A DNA stretch of 64,000 nt from a virus. Taxonomy: Duplodnaviria > Caudoviricetes. Each line of letters starts with the position of its first letter. Positions within the stretch are counted from its first letter, which is position 1. The DNA lies in IMG/VR virus record IMGVR_UViG_3300021399_000117, positions 67,566-131,565 of that record, one strand, 5' to 3'. The position numbers were made by a program, and so were the translations under genes. The notes below the pieces were generated by a model, which saw nothing but the letters and a program-made list of their open reading frames with translations, was not told the DNA's origin and made no database searches. Positions 1 through 9,439 of the stretch are shown piece by piece.

Positions 1-690
1 TTGAAACCGATTCTCGAGAACCCGGATTCCCAACGTGTAATCGACGCACCACAGACGGTCGAGGTAAAAGACCTCAGACTTACTAAAGGTGGTTTTGTAG
101 GTCGCGCAGTGATCCCCAACATCAGTCGTTATTTGTCAGAAGATTACACCATCGAAGCATTCATCCCTGGATCACAGATTGTTCTCAACATTGAGGACGA
201 TTTCAACAAGTGGGTAGGCAAGACCGTGCGGGCGTTTGTCACAAACTATATCCCGAAACCAGGAAACATCAATCAGATGTCACTTATCTGTTCCGTCAAG
301 GAATACCTCAAGTTCATCGGTGAGCGCAATATGGTGGATCTGTATAGTAAGTGGTGTGATGATGGCAAAGAATGGGATGCACTATCTCATGAAGTTCTTT
401 CCGGACGCGTAACAGGCATCATCAACTCCTCAAAGAAATGTGGGGTATTCGTTGAAGTTCCTGCATTGAACATCACAGGCATGGTCAGTGTCAAAGCGGA
501 AGAGCTTGTCAACTACAAACCGGGGGATCGAGTAGGGGTACGCCTTGCGAACTTCGAAGAGAACGTGTACTACGATGACACCTGGAAACAGCTTCGTCAC
601 GAGGAACCTTATCACATCGAGAACGGTATTCTTGCCAGGTGTAACTTGAAGCCGGTGCTGGAGTTCGTCACAGATGCCGGAGGCGTATAA
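1..690 (+). CDS. S1-domain RNA-binding protein, ribosomal protein bS1-like (5' truncated by window edge)
   Basis: Two S1-like repeats: TKGGFVG...IEAFIPGSQI (cf. bS1 GG..AFLPGS) and SGRVTGI...GVFVEV...GMV...KPGDRVGVRL. Confidence 0.7.
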   Translation: MKPILENPDSQRVIDAPQTVEVKDLRLTKGGFVGRAVIPNISRYLSEDYTIEAFIPGSQIVLNIEDDFNKWVGKTVRAFVTNYIPKPGNINQMSLICSVKEYLKFIGERNMVDLYSKWCDDGKEWDALSHEVLSGRVTGIINSSKKCGVFVEVPALNITGMVSVKAEELVNYKPGDRVGVRLANFEENVYYDDTWKQLRHEEPYHIENGILARCNLKPVLEFVTDAGGV

Positions 691-709
691 CCAAAATCTA
701 AACAAAAAG

Positions 710-737
710 AAAAGGAGACTCAAATGTCTCCTTTTTT
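710..737. terminator. Bidirectional intrinsic terminator between convergent genes
   Basis: AAAAGGAGAC-tcaaat-GTCTCCTTTT hairpin flanked by A and T tracts. Confidence 0.75.
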
Positions 738-1362
738 ATTGCTCTTCTTCGAATGGTAGGAATTCGAAATCTATCTTGTTGTATTTGAAAGTCACGTCAA
801 AATCACCTGATTCACGACTGGTTTTGTCGTATGAGAAATCCAGACCATCTATACCCTCAATATGACAGTTTATGAATTTAATACGGCCAGTCACTTCTCC
901 GGTCTCATCGATTATTTCCATATACAGTATATCATCATTCGACGAATCTATATGTTTGACAAACCTACGAAGCACTGTTTCATATAACATATAGTAGTTA
1001 TATAGACCTTGATTCATTCTGAAGGTTACTTTGAACTCACGCTCAATCTTCTCCAGCGGGTTAGTAGCAGACTTGTAAGTCACGGTATGCTGTGGTTCTA
1101 CATTGATACGACCTAGACCAGCAGGTTTCTCACTCTCTCGTTTTACGGAATTGGACTCCCTTTGGGTCTGCTCCATAGTCAAACCAGATATACCTGGTAT
1201 ATGTATACTCTTGATAGACTCGTTGAGATAGTCGATAGGAGTAGTGATAACACCAGCATTTTTGGACAATACTTTGAAATATTTTTCATGTATCTCGGGA
1301 TCCAAAAAATCTTTAGGCAGATTGAATCGGAATAGATCAAATCTTGGATTTAGCGATAACAT
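736..1362 (-). CDS. Tail tube-like protein (T4 gp19/gp54 fold)
   Basis: Pattern IPGIS...FKVTFR...F.NC.IEGIDGLDFSY...FDVTFKYNKIDF is typical of tube-fold proteins; TTATTAT motif upstream (1390-1396, minus). Confidence 0.6.
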   Translation of the reverse strand: MLSLNPRFDLFRFNLPKDFLDPEIHEKYFKVLSKNAGVITTPIDYLNESIKSIHIPGISGLTMEQTQRESNSVKRESEKPAGLGRINVEPQHTVTYKSATNPLEKIEREFKVTFRMNQGLYNYYMLYETVLRRFVKHIDSSNDDILYMEIIDETGEVTGRIKFINCHIEGIDGLDFSYDKTSRESGDFDVTFKYNKIDFEFLPFEEEQ

Positions 1363-1414
1363 ATAGATTGATGTATTTTCTTATATATTATAATAAATCA
1401 GTATACAATGATTT

Positions 1415-2137
1415 ATGGAAATTTCAGTATATGATTACAATCTTCTAAAAGACAAGAAATACAATCTTGTACAAAACATTAAGTACTCAGAAGCAAAACC
1501 TGAAAAAATCAACGAATACAAGTCCCAGTTGAGTAAGATAGAAAAGGACATTCAAGAGGCAGAAAAACAAGATAACATCACCCATTATCTAGACTTATGT
1601 AAACGAAGGATTCGATTGCAGCAAACGATAGGCAGTTGGAAGTACTACAAAAAAGACGTCAGCAAGTTAGAGGAGACCCTGAAGTCTGTTCAACAAGAGA
1701 TAGAGACACTGGAGTCTGTGACATATCATAATGTGTCGCCTATATCTTCTGAGTCTCCTCAAACGCAGCAATCCAATACTGACATCGAGAAAAAACTGGA
1801 TGAAATCCTAAATAAGATACAAGCACCACAGTTAACTCAGGTATCAGAACCGACTTATTATATTATAAATCTTGCCTGGTCCAAGGGTCAGGGTAACGAG
1901 ATTATCAATGCTGTACGTGATTACCTGAATATGACCAACTATATCGAGTCATATAGTGAGATGTCAGATGAACGGGACGAACATGTCTTCTCATGGAAGT
2001 ACTCATATGATTCTTTCGAGGAGCAGGCAACGGCCAAAGCTATCCGGATGTGTGCAGGACATCTCTTGGATACTCTCAAGACTTGGAGATCAGGCATAAC
2101 TGATGCGGAGATTTTTCACAAAGTACAAAAATATTAG
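1415..2137 (+). CDS. Hypothetical protein with N-terminal coiled coil
   Basis: 240-aa ORF with a heptad-rich N-half; no recognised family. Confidence 0.7.
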   Translation: MEISVYDYNLLKDKKYNLVQNIKYSEAKPEKINEYKSQLSKIEKDIQEAEKQDNITHYLDLCKRRIRLQQTIGSWKYYKKDVSKLEETLKSVQQEIETLESVTYHNVSPISSESPQTQQSNTDIEKKLDEILNKIQAPQLTQVSEPTYYIINLAWSKGQGNEIINAVRDYLNMTNYIESYSEMSDERDEHVFSWKYSYDSFEEQATAKAIRMCAGHLLDTLKTWRSGITDAEIFHKVQKY

Positions 2138-2147
2138 TATACTATAA

Positions 2148-3668
2148 ATGAACCTAAGTAAGTACTTACAAAAGAACTGCTTCCAACCTATATCACGTGG
2201 TCCTATATACGAGAGTATTCGCAATAGAGACATTGAAAAAGCGCTGAACTCAGTGTCAGCTTTTTTGCGTAAGCGTGGTGTGTTCTTGATCCCGGCTGTC
2301 GAAGCTGTGGATATCGACGGCGCTACCAGTTTTGTCGTATACGGCTACAACAAAGATGGTATGGGGTGTGCATTCACATGGAAGCGTGGAGAGACGACCA
2401 GTCTATATTCTATTTGCTTCACTAAAGAGTTCGACCGCGCATACCTTGCACATACCTATGATGAGGCCTTCAAGTGGGATGTCGAACTCAAGCTCAAAGG
2501 AGCAAGCATCGTTCGTGCTATTCAGTTGGTCGCTGATGTGATGAATGGTCGCGTGAACATGGACAAGGCAGGTCTCAACCAAGCCGTTCGAGATGCTCAG
2601 ATCTGGGAATCTTTAGATGATGCTTGTGAAAACATCATCAAAGAGGATACATCCGATGCGGTCATCAAAAACCTGGAGCGTAAGAAAAATAATCTCTACC
2701 AACGAATCCACGACTGGAAATCCAAAGGTAAGGATACTTCCGATTTGGATAAAGAATACGAACTCGTCAAACAAGAACTGGCTGATGCTCGAGTATCTGT
2801 CCGCCAAGGAGTGGTGGTTGTGCCCATCAGTGATCCTGCAGTAGTAAAGATGGAACAAAGATTTGAGGAAGAAGAGAGGGCTACACCGGATGAGCGTTTC
2901 AGTGATATGGAGTCATACATCCTCAACGTGATTCTCGGTATTGACGTGTCAGCACTCATCTGTGGTGCACCAGGTGTTGGTAAGACATATCGTATCATGC
3001 AGATGATCAAGAAAGAAGGTAAAGTCCGTGGACGTGATTATGAAGTCATCAAAGGTAAGTGCACACCTATGGTGCTCTTCCAGATGCTTCATGACTACCA
3101 AAAGAAAGGTCAGTTGCTCGTTATCGATGACGCAGACGATATCATTACCGATGACGTATCTATCAACCTTATCAAAGCCGCCACAGACTCCAGTGACGAA
3201 CGTATCGTGTCCTACGGATCTAATGTCAAGATCTTCGTACCAGAAGAGAAGCAAGGTCTGTACACTGACTTCGAACAAGACTCACAAGGACGTTGGGTAT
3301 ATCCAAAGAACTTCGTTTATGAGGGAGGTATCATTATCATCACCAATATGAACGCGGGGCAGATTGATACAGCTATCCGTTCACGCGCAATGATTTGTGA
3401 TTTGAACTTCACTACTGGCGAGGTATTGGATTTGGTGGCACAACTATCTCCACACATAGCTCCGGAACTGTTGACACCAGCATCCAAAGAACGTGCACTC
3501 GACTATCTACGCAGATTAGCAGAGAGTGGGGCTCCGATGGAAATCTCTATCCGCTCCTTTATCTTGGTTTCCAAGTTGTATCTGAGTGATGCTCCTGCTG
3601 AAGCGATAGAGCGTCGTATTCGTGAGCAAATGAAATTGAAATTTTTGCGAGGGGGTAAGCGCTACTAA
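2148..3668 (+). CDS. AAA+ ATPase with N-terminal domain and leader variant (MNLSKYL...PIYES)
   Basis: Walker A GAPGVGKT, Walker B LVIDDAD, sensor IITN, arginine finger AIRSR. Confidence 0.85.
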   Translation: MNLSKYLQKNCFQPISRGPIYESIRNRDIEKALNSVSAFLRKRGVFLIPAVEAVDIDGATSFVVYGYNKDGMGCAFTWKRGETTSLYSICFTKEFDRAYLAHTYDEAFKWDVELKLKGASIVRAIQLVADVMNGRVNMDKAGLNQAVRDAQIWESLDDACENIIKEDTSDAVIKNLERKKNNLYQRIHDWKSKGKDTSDLDKEYELVKQELADARVSVRQGVVVVPISDPAVVKMEQRFEEEERATPDERFSDMESYILNVILGIDVSALICGAPGVGKTYRIMQMIKKEGKVRGRDYEVIKGKCTPMVLFQMLHDYQKKGQLLVIDDADDIITDDVSINLIKAATDSSDERIVSYGSNVKIFVPEEKQGLYTDFEQDSQGRWVYPKNFVYEGGIIIITNMNAGQIDTAIRSRAMICDLNFTTGEVLDLVAQLSPHIAPELLTPASKERALDYLRRLAESGAPMEISIRSFILVSKLYLSDAPAEAIERRIREQMKLKFLRGGKRY

Positions 3669-3689
3669 ATCAACTAGTTACAAATTTTT

Positions 3690-3717
3690 AAGAGGGTCTC
3701 AAAAAGATCCTCTTTTT
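3690..3717 (+). terminator. Intrinsic terminator
   Basis: AAGAGGGTCT-caaaa-AGATCCTCTT followed by a T run. Confidence 0.65.
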
Positions 3718-3773
3718 ATTTATAACTTCATTTGTTCTTTTTGTCATTTAATATATAAATCAAAATAAAATTT

Positions 3774-3813
3774 AGAGGAAATCACTAAAGATTTCCTCTT
3801 TTTTTATATATAT
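3774..3813 (+). promoter_or_regulatory. Class A promoter-hairpin cassette (short form)
   Basis: AGAGGAAATC-actaaa-GATTTCCTCT, T run, then TATATAT; motif recurs upstream of about 12 other non-structural genes. Confidence 0.7.
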
Positions 3814-3844
3814 CTATATGTAGAACATTATTTTGATCCTGCAT

Positions 3845-4480
3845 ATGGCAAATTATACTGACAAACAGAAAAACGAACTAACCAAGCAGTACGAACCACT
3901 AATCAACAAACTTACCGGCCAGTTTTATACAACCGTTCAGATGGATTGGGATAGCATCAAGTCCATGGCATACGAAGGATTTGCACTAGCACTCAACAAA
4001 TACGATGAGTCCAAGAGTAGCATGTCTTTTATGTCGTTCGCAGCGTTCGAGATGCGTAACAACATCATGACCAGACTCACGGAAGAGGCTCGCACAGTAA
4101 AACTACCTTTTGAGGAGCAGAAAAGGCGAAAGGAATCAGGAGAACCCTTATTCAACACCGTATCGATCGATCAGAGTGTTCGTGATGACGATGATATCAA
4201 ACCACGAGAGATCGTGATGGGTATGTACGAGACAGCCCGATTCGCTGACGGGGATGTCTTCAACTATCTTTACGAACGTCTAGAAGAAAAGTTTCCTCAA
4301 CGTGAATGCGACATGTTCTATATGTCATTCGGACTCAAAGGATTCGAAGAGACGCCGAATCAAGACATAGCAAAGAAATTCTGCGTCAGTGAAGGGTTGG
4401 TATCCCAAAAGAAACGTAAGATCCTCGATTGGATCAAAACCGATCAGGATCTGTGTGAGATGTTGTCTAACCTATCATAA
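3845..4480 (+). CDS. RNA polymerase sigma-70 family factor
   Basis: Region 2 (YEPLINKL...AYEGFALALNKYDESK..SFMSFAAFEMRNNI) and region 4 HTH (FGLKGFEETPNQDIAKKFCVSEGLVSQ); ATG at 3845. Confidence 0.85.
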   Translation: MANYTDKQKNELTKQYEPLINKLTGQFYTTVQMDWDSIKSMAYEGFALALNKYDESKSSMSFMSFAAFEMRNNIMTRLTEEARTVKLPFEEQKRRKESGEPLFNTVSIDQSVRDDDDIKPREIVMGMYETARFADGDVFNYLYERLEEKFPQRECDMFYMSFGLKGFEETPNQDIAKKFCVSEGLVSQKKRKILDWIKTDQDLCEMLSNLS

Positions 4481-4491
4481 ATCAATAAGTT

Positions 4492-4830
4492 ATGAAGTCA
4501 AATAAGAAACAAATCGAAAACGAACTTCGGGGCAAGATCGCTAAACAGTACACTGGAAAAATCCAATATCTGGAGGACAAGATCAAGCATCTACAAACCG
4601 AGAAGAACGACGCCTATCTGCGTGTTCAAAAGGCAGAGCATACTATGCTTGACATGAAGGACAAACTCCAACAATACGAGGACTGGAACAATCGCCTGAT
4701 GGAGTTTATGAATATGAGTGATCAGGATCGTCAGACATATCTCGAAAACATGAGACAGGAAGCCCAAATCAACTCTCGGATGAATGGACTTCTGGATTCA
4801 CCAATATTCCGAGTACTATCTATGTTATGA
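4492..4830 (+). CDS. Hypothetical coiled-coil protein
   Basis: 112-aa ORF directly after the sigma gene. Confidence 0.7.
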   Translation: MKSNKKQIENELRGKIAKQYTGKIQYLEDKIKHLQTEKNDAYLRVQKAEHTMLDMKDKLQQYEDWNNRLMEFMNMSDQDRQTYLENMRQEAQINSRMNGLLDSPIFRVLSML

Positions 4831-5012
4831 GCAGAAAACCACGGCACAATCCAAACAAGCCTGCCAACCGTAGGAGTCCTCACTGTCCCTGCTACGAAAT
4901 AATCAACGGCAAATGTTATTGCACAAGTAACGGCCCGACAAATCCTAAGTGCGAAGGCAACATTCATAACTGTGTCAAAGTTCAGTATCAACAATTAGCA
5001 ACAATAAAATGA
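4827..5012 (+). CDS. Small Cys-rich hypothetical protein
   Basis: ATGA overlaps with both neighbours; five Cys. Confidence 0.55.
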   Translation: MSRKPRHNPNKPANRRSPHCPCYEIINGKCYCTSNGPTNPKCEGNIHNCVKVQYQQLATIK

Positions 5013-5569
5013 GTATAACAGATTTGAAAAACTTCCCTTTCGAACACGACGGACAAGAGTTCTGGTATAGTCGTTCGATTGTATCCTGCGGATATGTGTT
5101 CTGTTACTGGTACAACACCTGGCATGTCCTAGCTGTCAAACGGGGCGCTACACAAACCCTACCCAAACAATGGAACGTGCCCGGAGGATTCCTGGATCAC
5201 AACGAGACGACACAGCATGCTGCCAAACGAGAGGTAGCTGAAGAAACAGGCCTCCCATTAGCTACGCGCGATTTTCATTTGTTCAGTGTCAATTCAACCC
5301 CAACAGGTAAGAAACAGCATGTGCTCTTCAACTACTACTGTAATATAGGTAAGGTAAAAGAGTTGCCGTATTTGGATCCATCCAATTGTGAACCTGGTGA
5401 AGTAGAACACGCTATGTGGATACCTGTAGAAGCCGTCAAAAAGTTCAAATGGATCAATGCACAGTGGGTGAATATTGAATATGTATTCAACACGTACATT
5501 CATCCTAGTCTTTGGCAACGCATTCGTAATCGCCTAAGTAATCAAATAGATATCGTGTGGGGTATATAA
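5009..5569 (+). CDS. NUDIX hydrolase
   Basis: Nudix box GGFLDHNETTQHAAKREVAEETGL. Confidence 0.9.
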   Translation: MSITDLKNFPFEHDGQEFWYSRSIVSCGYVFCYWYNTWHVLAVKRGATQTLPKQWNVPGGFLDHNETTQHAAKREVAEETGLPLATRDFHLFSVNSTPTGKKQHVLFNYYCNIGKVKELPYLDPSNCEPGEVEHAMWIPVEAVKKFKWINAQWVNIEYVFNTYIHPSLWQRIRNRLSNQIDIVWGI

Positions 5570-5593
5570 AACTCTGTACGATTTTTTATATAT
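5566..5593 (+). promoter_or_regulatory. Class A promoter (no hairpin) for queD-queE-dpdA
   Basis: ATAAAA-N15-17-TATATAT. Confidence 0.45.
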
Positions 5594-5616
5594 TTATATG
5601 ATAATCCATTATATAT

Positions 5617-6210
5617 ATGCAAATCAGAAAAGAGTTTAGAGTAGAAAGCGCACACATAGTGCGAAACTGCACCTCCGAACGTTGTTCTCATTCGATTCAC
5701 GGACACAGTGCTGTGATTGAAGTCATCTTCGAAGGTCGTCAATTGGACAACGCTCAAATGCTCGTAGACTTCGGTTTGATGAAAGGCAGCATCAAGCAGT
5801 TTATCGATTCTATGGATCACTGCTATCTGCTCTGTTCACATGACAAACCTGAGTTCCGTGAGTTTATCAAAAAGAATTGCGATCGATACATTGAGTTGCC
5901 GTTCAATCCGAGCGCAGAGATGTTGTCTATGTTCATCATGATCGGTGTACAACGTATCTTGGACATGACCGAGTTCAATAACGGTGAAGAAACACCTGTA
6001 CGAGTAGCAAGTGTTCGTTATCATGAGACCACCACGGGTTATGCACAGTGTGATCTAACAGATTGTGTGAACTACGAAAACACCATCGATTTCGATTTCG
6101 TTGAGTTCTCTGACGGTGTCAAGAAAGACTGGTCACCGGAACTTCGTGAGGCTCTGGAACTAGGTCATCCTATTGTCAATCCAATCGTTGAACGTCAAAT
6201 TGATCTGTAA
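5617..6210 (+). CDS. queD: 6-carboxy-5,6,7,8-tetrahydropterin synthase QueD
   Basis: F..ESAHIVRNC.SERC.HSIHGHS, LVDFG, DH, NPSAE, VRYHETTT motifs; adjacent to queE. Confidence 0.9.
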   Translation: MQIRKEFRVESAHIVRNCTSERCSHSIHGHSAVIEVIFEGRQLDNAQMLVDFGLMKGSIKQFIDSMDHCYLLCSHDKPEFREFIKKNCDRYIELPFNPSAEMLSMFIMIGVQRILDMTEFNNGEETPVRVASVRYHETTTGYAQCDLTDCVNYENTIDFDFVEFSDGVKKDWSPELREALELGHPIVNPIVERQIDL

Positions 6211-6211
6211 T

Positions 6212-7030
6212 ATGCTGCCAGTAGTAGAAATGTTCACTAGTATTCAGGGGGAAGGAAAGTACGCCGGAATACCGAGTCACTTCGTAAGAGTGAGTGGTTG
6301 TAATCTTCGCTGTGTCTTTAAGGACAGCGTGTGTGACACACCATATTCCTCATTCAAGCCAGAAAAGCCTATCGCCAAAGACCTAGAGGAACTGGTGCGT
6401 CTATTCAAAGAACTCCAAGAGAAGTCTCCAAAGGTTAAACACCTGGTCATTACCGGGGGAGAACCCCTGATGTACGCGAAAGACCTGGATATGTTCCTCC
6501 GCCATATCTATGATGACGAGATGGTCATTACCATCGAAACCAACGGAACCTATCCGGTCCTGAATCCGCTGAGCCCGTACTTCAAGATCGCGCTCTATAG
6601 TGTATCTCCGAAACTCGCCACCAGCGTTGGTAAACCGGGTATGTACGGCAAGAACGGCAATATCGAAGTCACCCAGCAAATGGTAGACCGTCACAATCAA
6701 TTGAGGATCGATCCGCAGAACCTGGTAGACATTGTGATGAACGCCAATGACTATCAGTTCAAGTTCGTGTATAGCGGGCCTGAGTGTGTTGATGAGATTA
6801 TGGACATCTATTCACGAATGGGTGCTATTGCTGAGAAGTACGACCCGTTTATGGTCAGCTTCTATTTGAAGAACCACCCCAACAAACACACTATGTTGAT
6901 GCCAGAGGGTATTACCAATGAGCAACTCGCAGCCAAACGTCAAGAGATTGCAAATATTTGTATTCAACGGGGATGGACATACACCGATCGTATCCACATC
7001 ATTATCTGGGGAGATAAGAGAGGGGTGTAA
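6212..7030 (+). CDS. queE: 7-carboxy-7-deazaguanine synthase QueE (radical SAM)
   Basis: EMFTSIQGEG, GCNLRC..CDT, ITGGEP, IETNG, SVSPKL, RIHIIIWG; ATG at 6212. Confidence 0.92.
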   Translation: MLPVVEMFTSIQGEGKYAGIPSHFVRVSGCNLRCVFKDSVCDTPYSSFKPEKPIAKDLEELVRLFKELQEKSPKVKHLVITGGEPLMYAKDLDMFLRHIYDDEMVITIETNGTYPVLNPLSPYFKIALYSVSPKLATSVGKPGMYGKNGNIEVTQQMVDRHNQLRIDPQNLVDIVMNANDYQFKFVYSGPECVDEIMDIYSRMGAIAEKYDPFMVSFYLKNHPNKHTMLMPEGITNEQLAAKRQEIANICIQRGWTYTDRIHIIIWGDKRGV

Positions 7031-7101
7031 TGAATAAGAAGTATATGGACAATAGATTTAACTGTCCAAAGTGCGGCCATCAAGAAGAAATCACTGACTA
7101 A
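7030..7101 (+). CDS. 23-aa micro-ORF (MNKKYMDNRFNCPKCGHQEEITD)
   Basis: Its ATG overlaps the queE stop (TAATG) and its stop lies 1 nt before the next ATG; CPKCG knuckle; absent from the ORF track. Confidence 0.45.
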   Translation: MNKKYMDNRFNCPKCGHQEEITD

Positions 7102-7102
7102 C

Positions 7103-7930
7103 ATGAAAACAAACTGTGAATTACCATTATGCATGATGGACAAGAATTTGGAATTGAATGATTTCGATTTCGTTTTGTTCCATCTATATCAGTCTAACAA
7201 GACCTATCGCGAGTACTATCAGAAGATGAGAGTAGAACATCCGGAACGACTCATGATCCTGGACAACTCTGCGTACGAGTTCTTCGTCAAAGGAGAAAAA
7301 CTGGATATGCTCCAATTCAAAAATACCATCAAGGAACTCAAGCCGGATTACTACATCTTGCCAGATGTACTCCAAGACAAAGAGAAGACACTGCATGGTG
7401 TTCGGGAGTTCTTGACGTGTTATGCGGATAAAGACATGGTGTCCAAACCACTAGCTGTAGCACAAGGTAACACCAGTATAGAATTGGTAGAGTGTTTCCA
7501 AGAGTATCTCGGACTGGGTATCGAATATGTAGGAGTGCCATTTCACTTGGAGTTCTACAAGCACATGCATATAGAAGATGACATCCTGTTCGAGTTTGGA
7601 ACGTCTTATGGAGAGACAAAATTCACAGACGGTGAAGACTATAAGTACGCGATAGGTCGTGTTCAGTGGGTGCGTGGACATGAGGAACTGTTGAAACGGT
7701 TCGACAAAGTGCATATGCTCGGATCACATTGTCCGTTGGAGAAAGTATTTTACCACGACTTCTATTCTATGGACACTGGGTATCCAGTCAAATTAGGATA
7801 CGAGAAGACATTATTAGGATTCGAAGATCACAAACCCGCATCTATCATAGATGATTTCATTGATGCGGAGTTGTCTCGCACTAAGAAACACTGCATTGAG
7901 TCCAATGTCAAAACATTCCGAGATCTCTGA
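7103..7930 (+). CDS. TGT-fold transglycosylase, DpdA-like (probable DNA guanine/preQ0 exchange)
   Basis: ILDNSAYE, ILPDV, AVAQG, VHMLG, SMDTG motifs match the TGT/DpdA pattern; lies in the queD-queE operon. Confidence 0.7.
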   Translation: MKTNCELPLCMMDKNLELNDFDFVLFHLYQSNKTYREYYQKMRVEHPERLMILDNSAYEFFVKGEKLDMLQFKNTIKELKPDYYILPDVLQDKEKTLHGVREFLTCYADKDMVSKPLAVAQGNTSIELVECFQEYLGLGIEYVGVPFHLEFYKHMHIEDDILFEFGTSYGETKFTDGEDYKYAIGRVQWVRGHEELLKRFDKVHMLGSHCPLEKVFYHDFYSMDTGYPVKLGYEKTLLGFEDHKPASIIDDFIDAELSRTKKHCIESNVKTFRDL

Positions 7931-7937
7931 TTATTAT
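7931..7937 (+). promoter_or_regulatory. Class B (late-type) promoter motif TTATTAT
   Basis: TTATTAT 23 nt before the ATG; same motif precedes capsid, sheath and protease genes. Confidence 0.55.
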
Positions 7938-7960
7938 TGTAAAAAAAATATACATATAAT

Positions 7961-9439
7961 ATGAAGTCATTAAAGGATACGATATTGGAACAATTTGATT
8001 CGAAACCGACCCTAACCCATACAGGATTTCAAATTTTGCACCCATTGACTGAATATCTGCTTAATGAAGACAAATATGTCGGCTCTTCTGATCAAGCTAT
8101 ATATGCTCGGTTGGGAATGCACAAATATAATCACTTGCCCAAAAATAAACAAGAAGAGGTTAAACGGCATTTTCCTGGAGCTCCAGGTAATAAATCTGCT
8201 TTGGCCCGATGGTTCAAATCTGTCAATGGCAAATTAGTACCTAACCAATACGAGTTTATTGGGAGATCTGATTGGAACATGTTAGACCAGATCGGAGAAA
8301 TCGAAAATTCTTTAATGGCTCCCCACAAATGGTCATATTTTGAACTGATTCGGAAAAATCCTAGACCGAAGAAGAACAAGATACTTACTGTTTTGGAATG
8401 TTCCAATTCTAAACCATATTGTCAGGATTCTGCAAAAAAGTGGTACTTTAAACGGTTCAGATCGTTTACCGATTTTGCTTGCGGCGCGTATGGTATAGTA
8501 CCGGAAGAATATTCACAATTGTATCCGGTACGTGAGGATGAATGGGCACATAGCGATGAGTCGGAATCTGTAGCATTCAAATACAATTTGATTTCCTGTA
8601 ACCGTGGGTATCAATATATCAAAGATATGGGTTACGAGAAGGTGATTGTATTCTTCCAAAATCCTGCGCCAGAGGAGTTCATGCGATGGATGAAAAATAT
8701 GCCCGGCATGGAGGATAAACTGATCTTCGTCATTACTCCGCAATTAGTGGACAAACTTAAAAAACATTACCCTCAATTAGGTAACGGTCTAATCATCACA
8801 CGAATGATGATGCTCTCAGAGGTTCATGAGGCATATATGAATGCTTTAAGCAAGTGTTTGTCCGGTGAGGATCGAGAAAGGTTTAACGAGATCAAAAAAC
8901 TGGTCAATGACGAGGATAAAACTGGTCAAAAGAAGTGGATTGAGGATACCAACCAAAAATTCGGAATCGAGGAATACCGGGTAGACAGACCAGGCTGGGA
9001 GGTAAAACTTGCTAAAGGTGATATAAATATACACAGTCGTACATCAGATGTAACACAGAAAAAAGTCGATGAGATTTCTAATTGGATTTCGTCCTGGGTT
9101 GAAAAACAAAACGAAAAAGACATCAAAAAAGACAAGATAGACTGGTACAAAGAACGTCTGATATTTACCCCGCTAGATCTTATCATCGATCATTACGAAC
9201 TGGGAGAGAAGAATCCAAAAAAATTGGATATCGACGAGGAGTATTGGAACGTGATGGCTGCGCTAGAAAAACACGCTCAAGAATGGGGTATAAAAAGGGT
9301 CAACCCTGATAAGTATCACAGATATGATTATTTGTGGTGTTTCGAAAGGGTGTGCAAAGAGGTTAAAAAAGATGATATGATCGAATATTGCGACAAAACT
9401 GGCTTGTCCCAATTTTATCAAAATGTATTAGACAGATAA
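7961..9439 (+). CDS. ArcS/DUF5591-like (archaeosine synthase domain) protein with capsid-type leader
   Basis: VLECSNSKPY...YGIVPEEYSQLYP resembles the DUF5591 pattern PCSxxKPY...GxVPxE.YP; N-terminus MKSLKDTILE. Confidence 0.65.
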   Translation: MKSLKDTILEQFDSKPTLTHTGFQILHPLTEYLLNEDKYVGSSDQAIYARLGMHKYNHLPKNKQEEVKRHFPGAPGNKSALARWFKSVNGKLVPNQYEFIGRSDWNMLDQIGEIENSLMAPHKWSYFELIRKNPRPKKNKILTVLECSNSKPYCQDSAKKWYFKRFRSFTDFACGAYGIVPEEYSQLYPVREDEWAHSDESESVAFKYNLISCNRGYQYIKDMGYEKVIVFFQNPAPEEFMRWMKNMPGMEDKLIFVITPQLVDKLKKHYPQLGNGLIITRMMMLSEVHEAYMNALSKCLSGEDRERFNEIKKLVNDEDKTGQKKWIEDTNQKFGIEEYRVDRPGWEVKLAKGDINIHSRTSDVTQKKVDEISNWISSWVEKQNEKDIKKDKIDWYKERLIFTPLDLIIDHYELGEKNPKKLDIDEEYWNVMAALEKHAQEWGIKRVNPDKYHRYDYLWCFERVCKEVKKDDMIEYCDKTGLSQFYQNVLDR

